Shown: piece after piece, positions 15,048-55,429 of the stretch
Numbering within the stretch: the first letter of the stretch is position 1
Layout of the letters: each line of letters begins with the position of its first letter
Assembly: GCA_951406725.2 (NCBI GenBank)
Contig: OX597842.1
Span: 20,770,001 to 20,834,000, forward strand
From: Octopus vulgaris
Taxonomy: Eukaryota
Length of the DNA: 64,000 nucleotides
Direction of reading: 5' to 3'
The notes under the pieces: generated by a model
Told to the model about the DNA's origin: nothing
What the model saw: only the letters and a program-made list of their open reading frames with translations
Database searches by the model: none
Made by a program: the position numbers and the translations under genes

Positions 15048-18000
15048 CGGGGATGTGTGATTGTGTATAGAAGAATATATTAATAATAAAGACAGAAAAC
15101 ATAACGAAACCAGGTAAAATACCACAACCAAAACGCAAAATTCATCAAGCAAATATCAACAGGAATATAAATCATAAACGGGAAAAAATCCATTTTTTTA
15201 CGTCAGGACAACAAACACCGGAGAAAGAAAATATCCAAGAGGAAACATACCCAAGACAACTGAACGTATAGATCCTAAAATAATTAATTTATCAAAAAGA
15301 GATCTTGACAATGATGAAATCCAACTTCTGTCAAAAGGACTGAAATTCACACCTACATCAACAGCCAGCCACCAAGAATTAAAGGAGGCTATTCAAAAAT
15401 TCTGTCGAAAATTACGACTTGTAGAATTCTTCGCTAACAAAAGTAATGAGATTGATGAATCCCTAGTAAGGAATAAATCAAATTTCACCCCACCAAAAGG
15501 AAGAAATAACTATTTTGACCAATACATTGATATCCTGTCTAAATTTCCCCTTAGACGCAATACCAATGTTAGGCAAAACATTAACAAATCAGAGATGTCT
15601 GCATGTAAACGTATACAAAACGATCAAACAATAATAATAAAACAAGCAGATAAAGGTAGTGCAATTGTTATTATGGATACCGAATACTATAAGGAATTGG
15701 TTGAGGACCAACTGAAGGACACAACCTTCTATTGTGAAATACCCTCAAATATAGACCATCACATCATGAAAAAGATCAACAACCTGATTTCAAAACACTA
15801 CAACTCACTTACCGATAATGAAAGAGACTACATCACCAATTTCGAACCAAAACCCAGCAACTTCTACGGCTTACCGAAAATACATAAATCAAAAGATATT
15901 CAACAGGCAGTAAAAGAACAAGAAAGTGAGTACATAAAATTACTCCATCCAAAAGACCTAAAACTTAGACCTATCATAGCTGGTCCAGCATGTCCTACCC
16001 ACCGTCTAATCAATTTTATTGACATTGTTTTGAAACCATTATGTACTTACACACCCAGTTCCATCAGGGATGACATCGACTTCCTGTCCCATCTTCCCAA
16101 AACAACAGAAACAAATTCAGTTTTACTAAGTTTTGATGTGGTAAGCCTCTACATCAATATTCCACACGATTTAGGAATAAAGGCGATTAAATACTGGTTA
16201 GAAAAACATAGAGAAGTGATTCCCAGCAGATTCAGTGCCATTTATATTAGACACAGTCAAACTTATTCTAGAAAACAACACGTTCTTCTTCAATGGAAAG
16301 AATTACATCCAAATTAGAGGCACGGCGATAGGAACGAGGTTTGCTCCCGTTTACGCCAACTCTGTAATGGGATACTTAGAACAAAAACTCTACCAAGAGG
16401 TGGAGGTAAACTATGGCACTGGATTTAGAAAGTATATTGAAAAGGCATGGAAGAGATACCTTGACGACTGCTTCATAATCTGGACAGAATCTCTAAATAC
16501 TCTGGAAGAGTTCAATATCCTCCTGAACAACCTACACCCATCTCTCCAATTTCCAAAGGAGATGAGTAGTACCAAATTCCTAGATATAATGGTAATTAAA
16601 AATAACACCACCATCACCACAGATATATACTATAAACACACAGACACACATCAATACCTGAATTTTAAGTCGTGCTATCCACCACATACAAAACGCAACA
16701 TCCCATACTGCCTAGCCAGAAGAATTTGTACCATTGTAGAAGATGCAAATATCAGGAACTAACGTCTAACAGAACTAAGAGAATTTTTGCTCAAACAAAA
16801 ATACCCATCTCTACTTATAGAAAATGGCATACAGCGGGCTATAAAAATACCCATACAACAACTTAGGACAACCCAAGGGAGAGGAAAACAAGAACAAGTC
16901 ATACCATTCATAGTGACACAAAACCCATGTCACCAGAATATCTTCAACATTGCCAAAGCAAACCTACCAATCATTGCTCAAAGTAATGAATTAAAAGATA
17001 TAATCACGGATCGAGCTATGGTTCTTAGTAAAAGACAGCCTAAAAACTTGAAAGAATTACTAACAAAGGCAAAATTTGACCTTAGCAACAAAGACCAAAC
17101 ATTCACTGTATCTAAATGCAATGATAGCCGATGTAGCACATGCCAATTCATACATACCGGCCAATATATAAATACAAAAACCGGGAAAATATTCACAAAC
17201 GCGAATATGAACTGCAAAAGCAGAAATTTAATTTACTGCATCAAATGCCCAAATTGTGAAGAAATATATATAGGTCAGACGGGAAATGCACTATCAGAAC
17301 GCTCACGTGTACACCGACAACAGATTAGAGACCCAGAGCTCCGTCAGATACCTTTGAGTAACCACCTAGCAACATGTGGTCGGAAAATATATATAATATT
17401 TCCATTCTACAAATTACACAGCCCAAATGAAATCGAGAGGAAAATCAGTGAAAAGAATTTTATTGATAAATTCGAACTGAAGCTAAATAAGCAATAATAA
17501 TAATACTTAGAGGTACTACTTCTACTGCTACGACCATGACCACTAACAACAACAACAATACTAAAGGTGATCAAGATGAAGATAGCAGGAAAATTATCTT
17601 ATTTAGGGTTAAAAGTTCTATTGCCACCACCATCACCATTAGCAACAATAATGAAGGTGCTGACAAAGATGATGATGACAATTGAAATATAGAAATCCCT
17701 GACAAGGCTATTTACAACATTTCTAAAAATAGCCCAACAATTGCTGCCAAGGCCAGGGTTAAGATACAGGACTCTTGACATGTTCAACAAAGCGTGACGC
17801 CTAAACCAATCAGCTCAACCAACCAATCAGCTTAAGTAATTGAGTGATACTACACACTGATTGGTCAGAATACAGTTTGCAAAACCTAGCAATCTGGAGC
17901 CTACACAGCTGTATTTAAGGCACAGATTTAATCATCTCGCTACAGTCAAAAATTGTGAAGCATAACTTTCACCACTACTACATGAACCTGAAGATTGCAG

Positions 18001-18158
18001 AATTTAGTGCATGAAAGTACTAGTTCAATCAGAATGAACATTTAACATTCTATTATTTTATTTTATTATATTATATTATTTTATTTTATTATATCATTAT
18101 AAGATTGTAAATAAAACGTGAAAATCAGACAAGGTTGGAATTCCTTTTATTAATATAT
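15048..18158 (+). mobile_element. Second, 5'-truncated copy of the same Neptune PLE in inverted orientation
   Basis: 15086-18158 is the reverse complement of ~13888-10810 with scattered differences; ORFs 15595-16317, 16235-16762 and 16787-17497; 15048-15085 is an inverted piece of the element's own 3' terminus. Confidence 0.95.
17983..18027 (+). ncRNA. Minimal hammerhead ribozyme in PLE pLTR
   Basis: TGAAC-CTGAAGA-TTGCAGAATTTAGTGCAT-GAAA-GTAC-TA-GTTCA. Confidence 0.75.
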
Positions 18159-18160
18159 AT

Positions 18161-21100
18161 CACTTTGATCACTTTGACCGACCAGTCCGTCAGGCGTCCA
18201 TTTGACACCGCTGGTCACAGCACGCTGTCCACTCCTCTCTGGATCGCGGCTTTCTCATCCACGTGATCCCAATCGTCCTCCTGAAATCGTAACTCCACCG
18301 TCGTGGAGGTCTTCCGGGTGGTCTTTTCCGCTCACGCGGGTACCACTCGGCAACTGCGTGCGTCCACCGATTATCGGTGAGCCGGGCGACGTGTCCAGCC
18401 CATCTATACTTACTGCGTGTATACCTTGCGATTACATCTCTCACGCCGGACTTCTTTCTGATGATCTTGCTACTTATGTGCTCTCTCAACGAGATACCAA
18501 GCATTGACCTTTCCATGGCTCTTTGAGCCGTTACCAGTCTTTGCTCTTCTCTCTTTGTGGTAGCCCATGTTTCACTACCATATAACATTGCAGGCAGAAC
18601 TGCACTGTTAATGAGGTTAGCGCGGGTGGTACTGTCCAACCTTCCCTTGAGCACATCCCTTATGACATTGAACGCCTTCCATCCGGCCCTTACTCTCCGT
18701 GAGATCTCCTTTTTGATATCCCGGCACATATTTACTTCCTGTCCCAGGTAGACATATTCTCTCACCTCCTCTATTTCATCACTGCCGATCACTTTTCGAC
18801 CTGTTGGTACATTGTCTGACCGCATGAACTTTGTTTTCATGCGGTTCATCTTGAGACCTACTGCAGAACTTTTGATGTCGAGCTCCGTCAGCATGGTCTG
18901 AAGCTGATCCATGTTTTCAGCGATGAGTACGATGTCGTCAGCGAAACGGAGGTGAGTGAGGAGCTTGCCATTGATGTTGAAACCACCTTGCCATTCGATG
19001 CCTCTGATGATCTGTTCGAGACATGCAGTGAAAAGTTTTGTGGAGATTATATCTCCTTGCTTCACTCCCTTCTCGACCGGCACTCGTATGGGTGATGACA
19101 GTAGAGCTATGTCCGTGGTGCATCCGGAATTTGGCTCGCTGAGCGGCTGCACATACTGTGCTTCGATTCCTTGCCTCTGCAGCGAGTTCAGCACTGCGTT
19201 GGTTTCGACGCTATCGAAGGCCTTCTCATAATCTATAAACGCAACGTAAAGAGGCAGCTTGTACTCATTTGCTCGCTCAAGCAGTTGCGTTAGAGCAAAT
19301 ATATGGTCCATTGTGCTGTAGTTCTTCCGGAAGCCTGCTTGCTCCCTCGGTTGTTGTTCGTCGAGACGACGTGACAACCTGTTCAGAATTATCTTCGTGA
19401 ACAGCTTGTACACGTGAGACAGCAGGCATATGGGTCGGTAGTTCTTTAGATCTTCTCTGTCGCCCTTCTTATACAGCAGGATGGTATTTGACTCTTTCCA
19501 CTGCGAGGGAATTCTTCCCTCGTCTAGATAGTGCGTAAATCGCTCAGTGAGGATTTTCCAGAGCTGCTCTCTGCCTGACTTTAGCACCTCCGATGTTATA
19601 CCGTCTTTCCCTGGAGCCTTTCCGTTTTTCATCGAGCCGATGGCTCTTTCAACCTCTCTGACAAAGGTTAGGTGGCACGTTTTCGTCCTGTTGGAGTGGT
19701 GGTAACGTTAGGAGATTTCTGGTAGACTTAAAGAGCTTGGTGTAGAAGTCTTCACAAACTTTTTCCATCTCGCTCTTCTGGTTGACCGGTATTCCATCTG
19801 TATTTTTCAGGGCCGTCACCTCCGATCTATATAGTACCATGTCCCTCTTGCATTTCTTGAGGCTCTTCTTTTCCTCTGCGGCCTTCAAGAGCTTCTCCAT
19901 CCGGTATGCCTCAAAGTCTTTCTTTAGTTGCTGACGAATCACTCTGCTGAGAATGGAATATTCAAGGTGATCTTCAATAGTCCTCTTCATATTTTTCCTA
20001 TTCTCGAGTAACTTCGTAGTTTCTTCCGAGATTCTTCCCTTCTTTTCTCTTGGGCATACACCCTTAGCCTTCCTTAAACACTCCTTCAGTTTCCCTATAA
20101 GTGAGTTGTAGTCATCGTCTATGTCGTCTCCTTGGCACCAGTCTTCCTGCATGATGGCTTCCTGCAGCTTTGCCTCGTTGTAGACTCGGACACGTTTTCC
20201 CTTCGACGCCAAATATAACGCCATCTTCTCCATCTTCTCGTCGATGACAACCCTCGCCCTTGCCAGACGATGATCGCTGCCGGTGTTGAATGGCGTCACG
20301 ACGGAGACGTCATACAATATGCGTCGCTTATCAACCAGGATGTAGTCGATCTCGCTTCGGTGCTTAGAGTTCGGCGATATCCAAGTCCATCTCTTCCTCT
20401 CCCTCTTCCTGAATAGGCTGTTTGCCATGTAGAGCTGCCTCGCCTCTGCCATGGTAGCCAAACGTTCTCCTCTCTCGTTTCTCTCCCCCATGCCAAATCT
20501 CCTGACGTACTCCTCTCCTTGTCATCCATGTCCAACCTTTGCGTTGGTCTCCCATCACGACAGTGTAAGTGGACTTCATTGCCAGCCCTTTGTCTAGTTG
20601 TCGATAGAATTCTTCCACCTCGTCGTCGTCGCTGGCACTTGTGGGAGCATAGGTCTGGACAATCTTGAGGGTGGCCTTCCCTGAGAGGTTCACATTTAGT
20701 ACACCAATCCGTGATGATATGAAGTGGCAAGAAGCGACCCTCGAAGCCCATTCCTTACTTACGATGAATCCGATACCTCCGATCGATCTAGCACCTTCTG
20801 CTCTTCCTAATCTCACAGTGTATCCATCTTGCCATCGTATACTCGCTTCCTTCTTCCAGCGTGTCTCGCACAGCCCTAACACGTCGCACCTGATCTTCTT
20901 CCTCTCCTCCATTAGGTGGTTCAGTTCTTGCCACCCTGCCATAGACCTGCAGTTGTAGGTGCATATGGCAAGTTTAGTCCTGTTTCATGACAGCTTTCGG
21001 GAACCTGTGATTCTTAGCAGCCTCGCGTCGCTCGAGTTGCACTCCGCCGTCATGGAGTGGCCCGATTGACGTGCAGGGTACTGAGGCTCTTTTCCTTTTC

Positions 21101-21370
21101 TCTTCGTTCTTCGTGCTGTTTTAGCCATAAGATGACGCCATCCCACTGGCTGGGCGGGCAGGCCGGTATTTTGTTGGATGGCCGTTGACTCTTCAGGAGT
21201 TCATCCGCCCTTTGTTGGGTCTTATTTTTCCATCTCACAGGGAGTCCAACAGCACCCTCCTCACCAAACGAACCTGGTGGGGTTGTCAGTTTAGTCGCCG
21301 ACGTCCCGACCATGCAACAGGTTGTACTGGATTACATGTTACCAGTAGCACTCTAGAGCGACCTGACATA
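18161..21370 (-). mobile_element. Full-length RTE-clade LINE (APE + RT), frameshifted
   Basis: APE motifs TYNCRS, LCETRW, YAPTS, VVMGD, EIDY, SDH; RT motifs KAPGKDG, NYRPI, EQAGFR, DYEKAFDSV, GVKQGD, LRFADD; 3' tandem ATCAAAGTG repeats; candidate TSD ATTAATATATAT at 18149-18160 and 21371-21382. Confidence 0.93.
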
Positions 21371-21371
21371 A

Positions 21372-21435
<64 letters not shown>

Positions 21436-21634
21436 CATATATATATATAATTTGTCTCTCTGTATATCTGGTTACCGATCAGATTATCTAATATTTTATC
21501 TGTTCTCTCTCTTTTTTCCCCTTTTTTTATCTCTATGTATTTGGCTCTTTACGTCTTCATAGATGGTCTAATTAGCGTAGTATATCTAAATTAGTGAAGT
21601 TTGATAATGCAGCATTAATTAATATTTCGTTTAG

Positions 21635-21790
21635 AAGCCAGGGTGTGGTCGTGTGGTAAGAAGTTTGCTTCCCAGCCACATGGTGTCGAGTTCAGTCCCA
21701 CGGAAGTTTTGGGGACAACTCTCTTCTCTAGCCCCCGGCCGACCAAAGCTTTCGGAGCAGATTTGGTAGATGGAAGCCGAAACAAACTAA

Positions 21791-21829
<39 letters not shown>

Positions 21830-21872
21830 TGTGTGTGTCTCTGTGTGTCTGTGTCTGTGTGTGCGTGTGTAT

Positions 21873-21929
<57 letters not shown>

Positions 21930-22150
21930 TGTGCGCGTGCTTATGTGTTTCTGCCCTGGCCAGAGTTTGAGAATTGGTGTTGGTGTGTTTATGGCCCCAT
22001 AAATTTGAGGTTTGGCAAACATAAACTGTTAGAAGTGCCAGTCTTAATGAAAGTTGTTATGCAGTCGATTCGTTCGTTGAAATGTCTTCCATGCGTGCCC
22101 ACACATGGCCACAGTCTGATGACTGAATCCAGTCAACGATAAAAGATAAT
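21635..22150 (+). mobile_element. Old diverged SINE family A copy with expanded (TG)n
   Basis: GTGTGGTAAG..GAGTTCAGTCCCAC head and CCGACCAAAGC..GATTTGGTAGA body. Confidence 0.7.
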
Positions 22151-22404
22151 AATAGGAAAAATGTACAAAAACAACTTGGTTATTCAGGAGAAATAAACAT
22201 TGTAAGACAGGTTCATATTATATCTAAATTTATTAGTTTTATAGTTATAGATAAAGCTGAATTTCCGAAAAGTTGTAGTAAGAAACCACTTTATTCAGAA
22301 GAATTTAAATATTACATTGAAAAGGAAGGCAATAATGAAAGTTACAACTAGAAAATATGGAAATATTTTGAATTGAGGGAAGATTTTCAAAAGTCAGGTA
22401 CGTA

Positions 22405-23185
22405 GCCTCGTTTAAAATTACATCATTGCAGATTATAATCTCATAGTTGCATAGCGTTGTATTAATAGGCAAAAATAAAGCTACGTTAGATGAAAGTATG
22501 TTTGATGTAATATTAGAAGAAAATTTAGTGTTTTGAAGCAAAATATGATCAAAGGTGAATCGTGAACCGACAGACACACACATAGAATATCCGATAAAGT
22601 AAAAACGTAAATATGTAATTGGTAGCTAGAATATATTTACTGCCGTTGAAATGCAGCATGTTTTTCAGGTTTTCTGCGTTTCAGCCAAGAGTTATGCACT
22701 TAGATTTGTTTAAAATTACATTATTACAGATTATACAGTATTTTAGCTGAACGGTATTGTATTATCAATAAAGGTTAAATGTATAAATATTGAAAATTGT
22801 TTAATGTAATATAAGAAGTAAATTTAGTTTTTTGAAGAAAATTATGAACAAAGGAGACTCTTTGTATATTATAGATTATATTATATATATTGTATATTAT
22901 ATTATATATTATATATTATATTGTATATTATAGATTATATTGAGAATGTAAAATAGTAAATATGAAATCGGCCGCTAGAGTATAGTTACTGCCTTTGAAA
23001 TCAAGCAAGTTCTTCGGGTTTTCTGCATAGTCATACAAGTAAGCATGTTGAAAATTATATTATTGCGGATTATACAGTCTCTTAATTACATAGTGTTGTA
23101 TTGAGAGGTAAAAATAAAGCTAAGTTAAATGGAGATATGCTTAATAAGAACATTTAGATTTTTGACGCAAAATATGATCTTGAAG
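22405..23185. repeat. Diverged ~300-340 bp tandem triplication in the presumptive GPCR 3' UTR
   Basis: GTT(T/G)AAAATTA(C/T)AT..TT(G/A)C(A/G)GATTATA recurs at ~22410, ~22708 and ~23047 with collinear downstream similarity. Confidence 0.65.
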
Positions 23186-23204
23186 ATATTTTCTTGATTT
23201 TCAT

Positions 23205-49053
<25,849 letters not shown>

Positions 49054-49225
49054 CTGAAAAAGATACAAAACGTAGATATGAGATATGCACGAGAGAAGAC
49101 TTCAGTGTAATTTATATATTGAAAATACGGGTAAAATATTGGTAAATACTAATAAAATATTGGTAAAGGTGAGTGATTAAGTAATTGCATTTTAATCAAG
49201 TTAGTAGTAGTATTAGTAGTAGTAA

Positions 49226-49272
<47 letters not shown>

Positions 49273-49297
49273 CGAGGAAGAGCAGGAGGAGTACTTA

Positions 49298-49373
<76 letters not shown>

Positions 49374-49376
<3 letters not shown>

Positions 49377-49772
49377 TAGTTTTATTTTTATAGCGTGCTT
49401 TCACTTCACTACCGAGCGCAGCTCTGTGTGCCTTGGGTATGTGCTGTGATTTGTTGTGATGCTCTGATGGTTATTGTATGGAAAGTGTTCTGCGTAGGAT
49501 GTGTGCAGTGCCTAGTAGTGCAATTTTCTGTATGTTATATGTGTTTGTAAGTCCTGGTGTTTTTGTTATGTATTTGTCTGAATATTTTTTTATCATGCCT
49601 AATGCACCTACTATGATAGGAATTGTTTCTGTTTTCAGATTCCACATTCTAGTTACCTCTATTTCCAGGTCTTTGTATTTTGAGAGTTTCTCCATTTCTT
49701 TTAGAGACACGTTGTCATCTTCCGGTATTGATACATCAATTAGAAAGCTTTTTTTTTTCTTCATGATCTCTG
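49374..49772 (-). mobile_element. 5'-truncated Dong/R4 LINE 3' end inside (TAA)n
   Basis: LIDVSIP..KEMEKLSKYKDL..IPIIVGALG..LLGTAHILR (restriction-like endonuclease C-terminus) plus 3' UTR; (TAA)n on both sides. Confidence 0.88.
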
Positions 49773-50512
<740 letters not shown>

Positions 50513-50532
50513 TCATTATTATTATTATTATA

Positions 50533-50581
<49 letters not shown>

Positions 50582-50639
50582 TTGTTATTATTATTATTGT
50601 TGTTGTTGTTATTATTGTCGTTTATTATTCATGTTCAGA

Positions 50640-52040
50640 TAAATTTGAAAGCCTCTGCGGGGAATGTTTCATTGTTTGGCAATTCAGCCAACGGATTAAA
50701 AACATTATTGATGATTATACCGCAAAATCACTGAGTGGTATCGCCAAAGAACTTCAGGTGTCGTACAATCAGAACTATAGTGCACGTGGACTTTCCATAT
50801 CTTCAAAGGCACGTGAAAACAGTTTGATACATACCAAACGGTCTATTAAGGTTAAAAGCGAGAGCCAACATTGCATGCGTTGCTTTTTTTTCTCATGCGA
50901 AAAACCTACGACGAAAACTAAAAGTAGGACCGGAGAAATGACAAAAGGCTTCCTGAAGATCCTGCTGATATCCTCAGAGTGATGCAAACTGCGTTTAACA
51001 CATATATACGTGCATACATGATTCAGTGCTTAAGAGATTTGCTTTTCAATGCCAACAATTTGGTCTTCGGTTCAATTACACAGCACTACACCTTGGGAAA
51101 GTGTTTCCTATAGTAGCTGCGGTTAGCCAAAGCTTTGTCAGTAGATTTGGTTGATGGAAACTGAGAGAAGCCTCTTGTATGTATTCTTTTTTATTCTTTC
51201 ACACACATACACACACATACACATACACGCACACACTCTCTCTTTTACTTGTTTCAGTCATTTGACTGTGGCCATGCTGGAGCACCGCCTTTAATCGAGC
51301 AACTCGACCCCGGAACTTATTCTTTTGTAAGCCCAGTACTTATCCTATCGGTCTCTTTTGCCGAACCGCTAAGTAACGCGGACATAAACACACCAGCATC
51401 GGTTGTCAAGCAATGCTAGGGGTACAAACACAGACACACAAACACACACGCGCCCATATATACATATATACGACGGGCTTCTTTCAGTTTCCGTCTACCA
51501 AATCCACTCACAAGGCTTTGGTCGGCCCGAGGCTATAGTAGAAGACACTTGCTCAAGGTGAACCCGGAACCATGTGGTTGGTAAACAAGATACTTACAAC
51601 ACAGCCACTCCTGCGCCTACGTATATAAATGATTTTAGGAATGGTGAATAAAAATAAGCTATGTCACACAACCCCAGATCTTTCCACAGGATATTATTAT
51701 TAATGCAGTTGGATATATTGAGGTGCCGGAGACAATCGTTAAGCCTTGGACGGATGAAGTACACAATGGTAGGCTATATATGTATGAACACGTCTCAGTG
51801 CATTCTCACAAACCCATCTAATCGAAAAGCGGAGGAAGGCAATCGTCATGATCTCGTAACACCAAACGTGTATCCTTCAAATTCACCAGGTTTAAATCCC
51901 ATCTCACTTTGAGTGATTGAAAGGGGAGACAAGTCGATAATCCCACAATCCCACAGCTTCGTTAAACGCCGCCATCTTCCTTCCAGCAGTTCCAGCAATG
52001 GATAGGGTCCATTTAGTGCAGTCATCGATTCCAGTCTTGT
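50640..52040 (+). mobile_element. Highly decayed Tc1/mariner-superfamily relic interrupted by SINEs
   Basis: KSLSGIAKELQVS HTH-like piece at ~50725 and PSNSPGLNP at ~51875. Confidence 0.35.
51238..51617 (-). mobile_element. SINE family A (an older + strand head lies at 51010-51175)
   Basis: Collinear with the family. Confidence 0.88.
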
Positions 52041-52832
52041 ATACATATTTATTAAAAATATTATGTTTACTGTTTCATTAGAGTTGTGTCTTGAGTCGCT
52101 ATATAACTCCTCAATGCCTCTGGCACTGTAAATACACATGAAAAACACTCATATATACATGGAGGAGAAGGAGGTGAGAGCAGCGTCATAGTGATACTAA
52201 GAACAGCGACAAACAAATACAGACGCAAACACATGCACTTATAAGGATACAAATCATAGAAGAACTAAATGTATTCAACCGAGCAGAATCACAACGAGCA
52301 CGGAGTGTGTTACCGAAGACAGATGTGTGAGGGAAAATTTGCGGACAATGGACATGAGGTAAAACAAGAACATTAATAAATGAGTGAAGAACCAATATAT
52401 AGTGCGTGTGTTTATTGTTTATTTGGAAAATAAATAAATAAACAATGACCATACCGAATTGCCTTAAGGCATTATTTTCCAAATACGCCAGCGAAGTTAA
52501 GTTGAACTGTCTAAAGTCGTAAGACACCCGCTGTTTTTGTCCTGTTATTACTATTATTGTTTTTTGTATTTATATTCGTGTGGCATCGTCCGTTTTTCTG
52601 TCCTTGTTTCGTATACATTCTATCCTTTTTCCAAGAAATCTAATGCTCGTAGCTTAGTTTTTCTTTGGGGCTGGCCGGATCGGAGCGATCTCAAGATTAA
52701 TCAGCCGAAATTGCGAGGATGATCCGGTTCTTGACTGAAGATTAGAGACTTCGAATGATCCGTCCGTTTTTTGTGTCGTCTATTTGAGTGTTTTGCGTTC
52801 TTGTCCCATTTTGTATTTTATACATATTTTTT

Positions 52833-52868
<36 letters not shown>

Positions 52869-54415
52869 AGAGAGATACATACATACATCATACACACATA
52901 TTTATATCCATACATATAGAGGCATACTACTCATATGTGTGTGTACCTTTCCCTATTTCGGAAATGGACATGACAAAGTCGAACAAACGAGACTGCGCTC
53001 ATGAGGGCAGCATCCGAAAATTTCACTTTTTCACTAGCCCAGATTCAGTGAAATTTTCAGCAGCGAAGCGGAGTTTTTATCTTCTACTTCTAGTTTGATA
53101 AAATGCGAAAAAAATCCAGAAACTTTTAGTTTTTTTTTGTACGGATTTGCTTCCTCGTTTAAGTACTCTTTATACTCCAGGCAAAAGTTTTAGTGTTGCT
53201 AGCAAGTCAGTCAGAACGTATTAAGAGTGGTTTGAATTCTTTCTGTTTTGCATGCATTCCATGAATTATTAGTATGCATCAGTAAATAATTAATGTGCTG
53301 ATTCCTATAAACAAGGGTGCATAAAGTGTTAAATTCATTGGTCCGGATTGGTGACTGTGAGTGAGGAATGACATAATGAAGATCAATTACCGTGGCTCAA
53401 AGTCCCCTGACACCGCTTGATTGCCAGTGTTACAAACACACCTCGTTTAGAGGGAACTGGCGTTCGGTGATGAAGAAAAGCAATAGCGATTAGATATTCA
53501 CGTTTGAGTTTGCCGGAAGGTATGAAGAATGTGTACGTTACATTCGAAATTGTTTTAAAAGAAATAACTAAGAACGATTAGATTAGAGACATGGTTTAGG
53601 ACAGCAAAAACGAAGAGAGTTATAACAAATGGATTCTAATTATATTTACAAAATGAATCACTGATTTGTTGAATTAATCGCCCTTTCAAAATATAGAAAA
53701 ATGTAAAAAGAAAAAAGCGCATCTGGCAAAAATTGCTTCAAACTCCAAATCAAAATGAGACATAACTAAAATAAACTATTGGCATTGGATTTGCAGAATT
53801 GTTTGCACGCCAGGAAAATGCTTTGACTCTCTGAGTTCTAGGTTCAAACACTGCTGAGGTTAACTTTGTCTTTGCTCCTTTCCAGGTCTGTAAGAAACAG
53901 TATCAGCCCAAGCACTTTCAGTTCTGTGCTCAAATGGCATTCAGGTGTGGCAGAATTAATCTATCATCCGGTTTAACAAAGCTATCTGACAGCTTGAGTG
54001 CCACAAATGAAAAAGAACATTCTGATGTAAGTATTTGATCTGGGTCTCTAGTTTGGTGACACCTATTTTCCGACCCCTCACCCTCTACGAAGAACCTTTA
54101 AAACAATCATGGACAGACACTGCTTCCAAGCTCTGTCTAAAAGATAAAGAAGACCTAGAATTTTCACGAATTAATATGTCATTAAGTATAAGGTTTTCTG
54201 GAGACATCTGTAAACATGTTTCTGCCTTAATAGTCGTCATCAGAAGAGCATTCAGTAATATATAAGACTTAGACGTGTGTGTTTGTGTGTATGTTTGTCT
54301 GTGTGTCATGTTTCAATGGTAATACCTACTTATGATAGCGAATATGACGCCGACAATGACGAAAAGGATGATAATGGGTGATAGCGATAGAAATGTTAAG
54401 AAACTCACAACTTAC

Positions 54416-54698
54416 TTTCACCCTTTGATTTCACCTTAACTTGGTTTATTCCCGAGTTACGCAATGTTTGGGATGTATTCAAAATTTTGTAAATATTTTG
54501 CAAAACTCGATCTTTAGTACTTTCAATGAGGACTGTACAGTAAATAGTAAACACCACTGAGCTTTTCTCCGAGCTGAAACACGATTTTGAAAAAGAAGTT
54601 AAAGAAAAATTAGTTGCAGCAACGACAACCAGAATGTTTTTAGTACACTTCAATCAAACTGGTTTTCAAGATGTTGATCTTATCCTCGTAAGAGAAAT
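54416..54698 (-). pseudogene. Disrupted SEA-like exon upstream of the HormR exon
   Basis: FSYEDKINILKTSLIEVY*, then +1 shift to KNILVV...SVVFTIYC...KSKGE; strong gtaagt donor in phase 1 fits exon 49053. Confidence 0.45.
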
Positions 54699-54892
54699 CT
54701 AAGTTTCATCGTTATGTAATACAGTCAGCTGATTTGATTTATCCATAATGGACGCCAATGTGCCAAGGCTGATGTGTGTTAATCCTAATTCCTTTACTTT
54801 TAGCGTGGTTGGTATTATTACCTTGTTAATTACTTGTGTTAATCACCTATATTCCAACTCCAAATCGTAAACGATTGCACCTAAGTTAGAAA

Positions 54893-55290
<398 letters not shown>

Positions 55291-55363
55291 AATATGTCTA
55301 TACAAAAATATATTTGCATGTGTGTGTGTGTGTCTGTGTGTGCACCTGTATGTGTGTATGTAC

Positions 55364-55428
<65 letters not shown>

Positions 55429-55429
<1 letters not shown>

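Noticed and set aside
11472-17497. Selenoprotein-type (Naiad) PLE
   Set aside because: The endonuclease is C-terminal (Neptune layout) and the shared internal stop is TAA, not TGA.
21180-21370. HDV-like ribozyme at the RTE 5' end
   Set aside because: I could not build the nested pseudoknot by eye.
52730-52770. CTGAAGA..CGAAT..GTC
   Set aside because: The GAAA core is broken and there are no convincing stems.
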